From a virus (lineage: Duplodnaviria; Caudoviricetes): a stretch of 31,859 nt of DNA. Shown here in pieces: positions 31,304 through 31,859 of this stretch. Under the pieces are notes generated by a model. It searched no databases, had not been told where the DNA came from, and saw nothing but the letters and a program-made list of their open reading frames with translations. The stretch's first letter is position 1. Each line of letters starts with the position of its first letter. A program made the position numbers and the translations under genes. The stretch covers positions 1-31,859 of IMG/VR virus record IMGVR_UViG_3300017774_005006; one strand, given 5' to 3'.

Positions 31304-31859
31304 GCGGCGTTTTTCTCCAGTTGCTTGGCCTTTGCTCGATACCCGTCGCGGATGGCCCGCAGGTCATCCCGCTGCCACTTGGCCGGCGTGTTCGCAGCCT
31401 CCAAGGCCTCCACGCGCTCAAGCCCAATGCGAGCAATCAGCCCCAAGCGGTAGTCCACCGCCCTGCCCGCTCCGTGGCGGTTGCACTGGGCGTCCTGGGC
31501 GTGGCAGTTGTCTTCGTTGAACCGAAGCGTGTCGGCGCTCCCCGTGCTGCGGTAGTGGCCGGCGTCCACGGCCCCGCCGAACACACCCCAGCGCAGGGGC
31601 TTGCCGCAGCAGATGCACGGATGGCCGGCCTTGCGGTCACGGGCGCGGATGTAGGCGTTGAAGGCGTGCTGGGCCTCGCGCTTCAGCTCGGGCAGGCCTT
31701 TCAGGACCTCACGCTTGGCGCGGTCGCCGGCTTTGGCCTGGCGGGCTTCCCTGGCTTGCTTGCGCTCCAGTTGCGCGCGGCCGAACTCCAGGGCGCACGG
31801 CACGCTGCACGTTGTCTGCATCGGGCGCGCGGGCACGAACTCAGCCCGGCAGGCCTTGC
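31300..31859 (-). CDS. ninG: NinG/Rap-family endonuclease, 5' end outside the window
   Basis: AFNAYIRARD, CICCG, DAGHYRS, LRFNEDNCHAQ; frame stays open to the window edge (KACRAEFVPARP). Confidence 0.88.
   Translation of the reverse strand, partial: KACRAEFVPARPMQTTCSVPCALEFGRAQLERKQAREARQAKAGDRAKREVLKGLPELKREAQHAFNAYIRARDRKAGHPCICCGKPLRWGVFGGAVDAGHYRSTGSADTLRFNEDNCHAQDAQCNRHGAGRAVDYRLGLIARIGLERVEALEAANTPAKWQRDDLRAIRDGYRAKAKQLEKNAA

Larger units (their letters stand above)
1..31859. mobile_element. Temperate phage genome (lambdoid regulation, P22-like podovirus head and tail), near-complete and circularly permuted
   Basis: cI/cro switch, recT, xis/int, attP, terminase, portal, coat, ejection proteins, tailspike and lysis genes; no recognisable host housekeeping genes. 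Confidence 0.96.

Noticed and set aside
31470-31510. NinG inactivation (HAQDAQCN instead of a CxxC)
   Set aside because: Asp can ligate metal and the other motifs are intact; not enough to call a pseudogene

Overview
The whole window is a GC-rich temperate lambdoid phage with a P22-like podovirus morphogenesis module. It appears to be the excised, circularly permuted form: an intact attP (3' half of tRNA-Leu(CAA)) lies between the integrase and the lysis genes, and the two window ends both fall in the same minus-strand early operon (replication initiator at left, ninG at right). Gene order: replication initiator, cII-like, cro (minus); cI and a lipoprotein, then the PL operon with recT, many small accessory genes, a methyltransferase, xis and int (plus); attP; then a long minus-strand late operon (ninG, Q-like, terS, terL, two GNAT-like genes, portal, scaffold, coat, gp4/gp10-like tail hub, GNAT, three ejection proteins, tailspike, four membrane proteins, endolysin, spanins). 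The most striking feature is two structurally canonical integron attC sites (6840-6934 and 7503-7560) in the early accessory region, with no IntI in the window. They bound a 663-bp methyltransferase cassette whose gene runs opposite to the attC orientation and starts inside the attC. One attC is joined to phage DNA at a non-canonical G|AT site that coincides exactly with the end of a 26-bp duplication. Family assignments come from motif recognition and synteny only; no searches were run.
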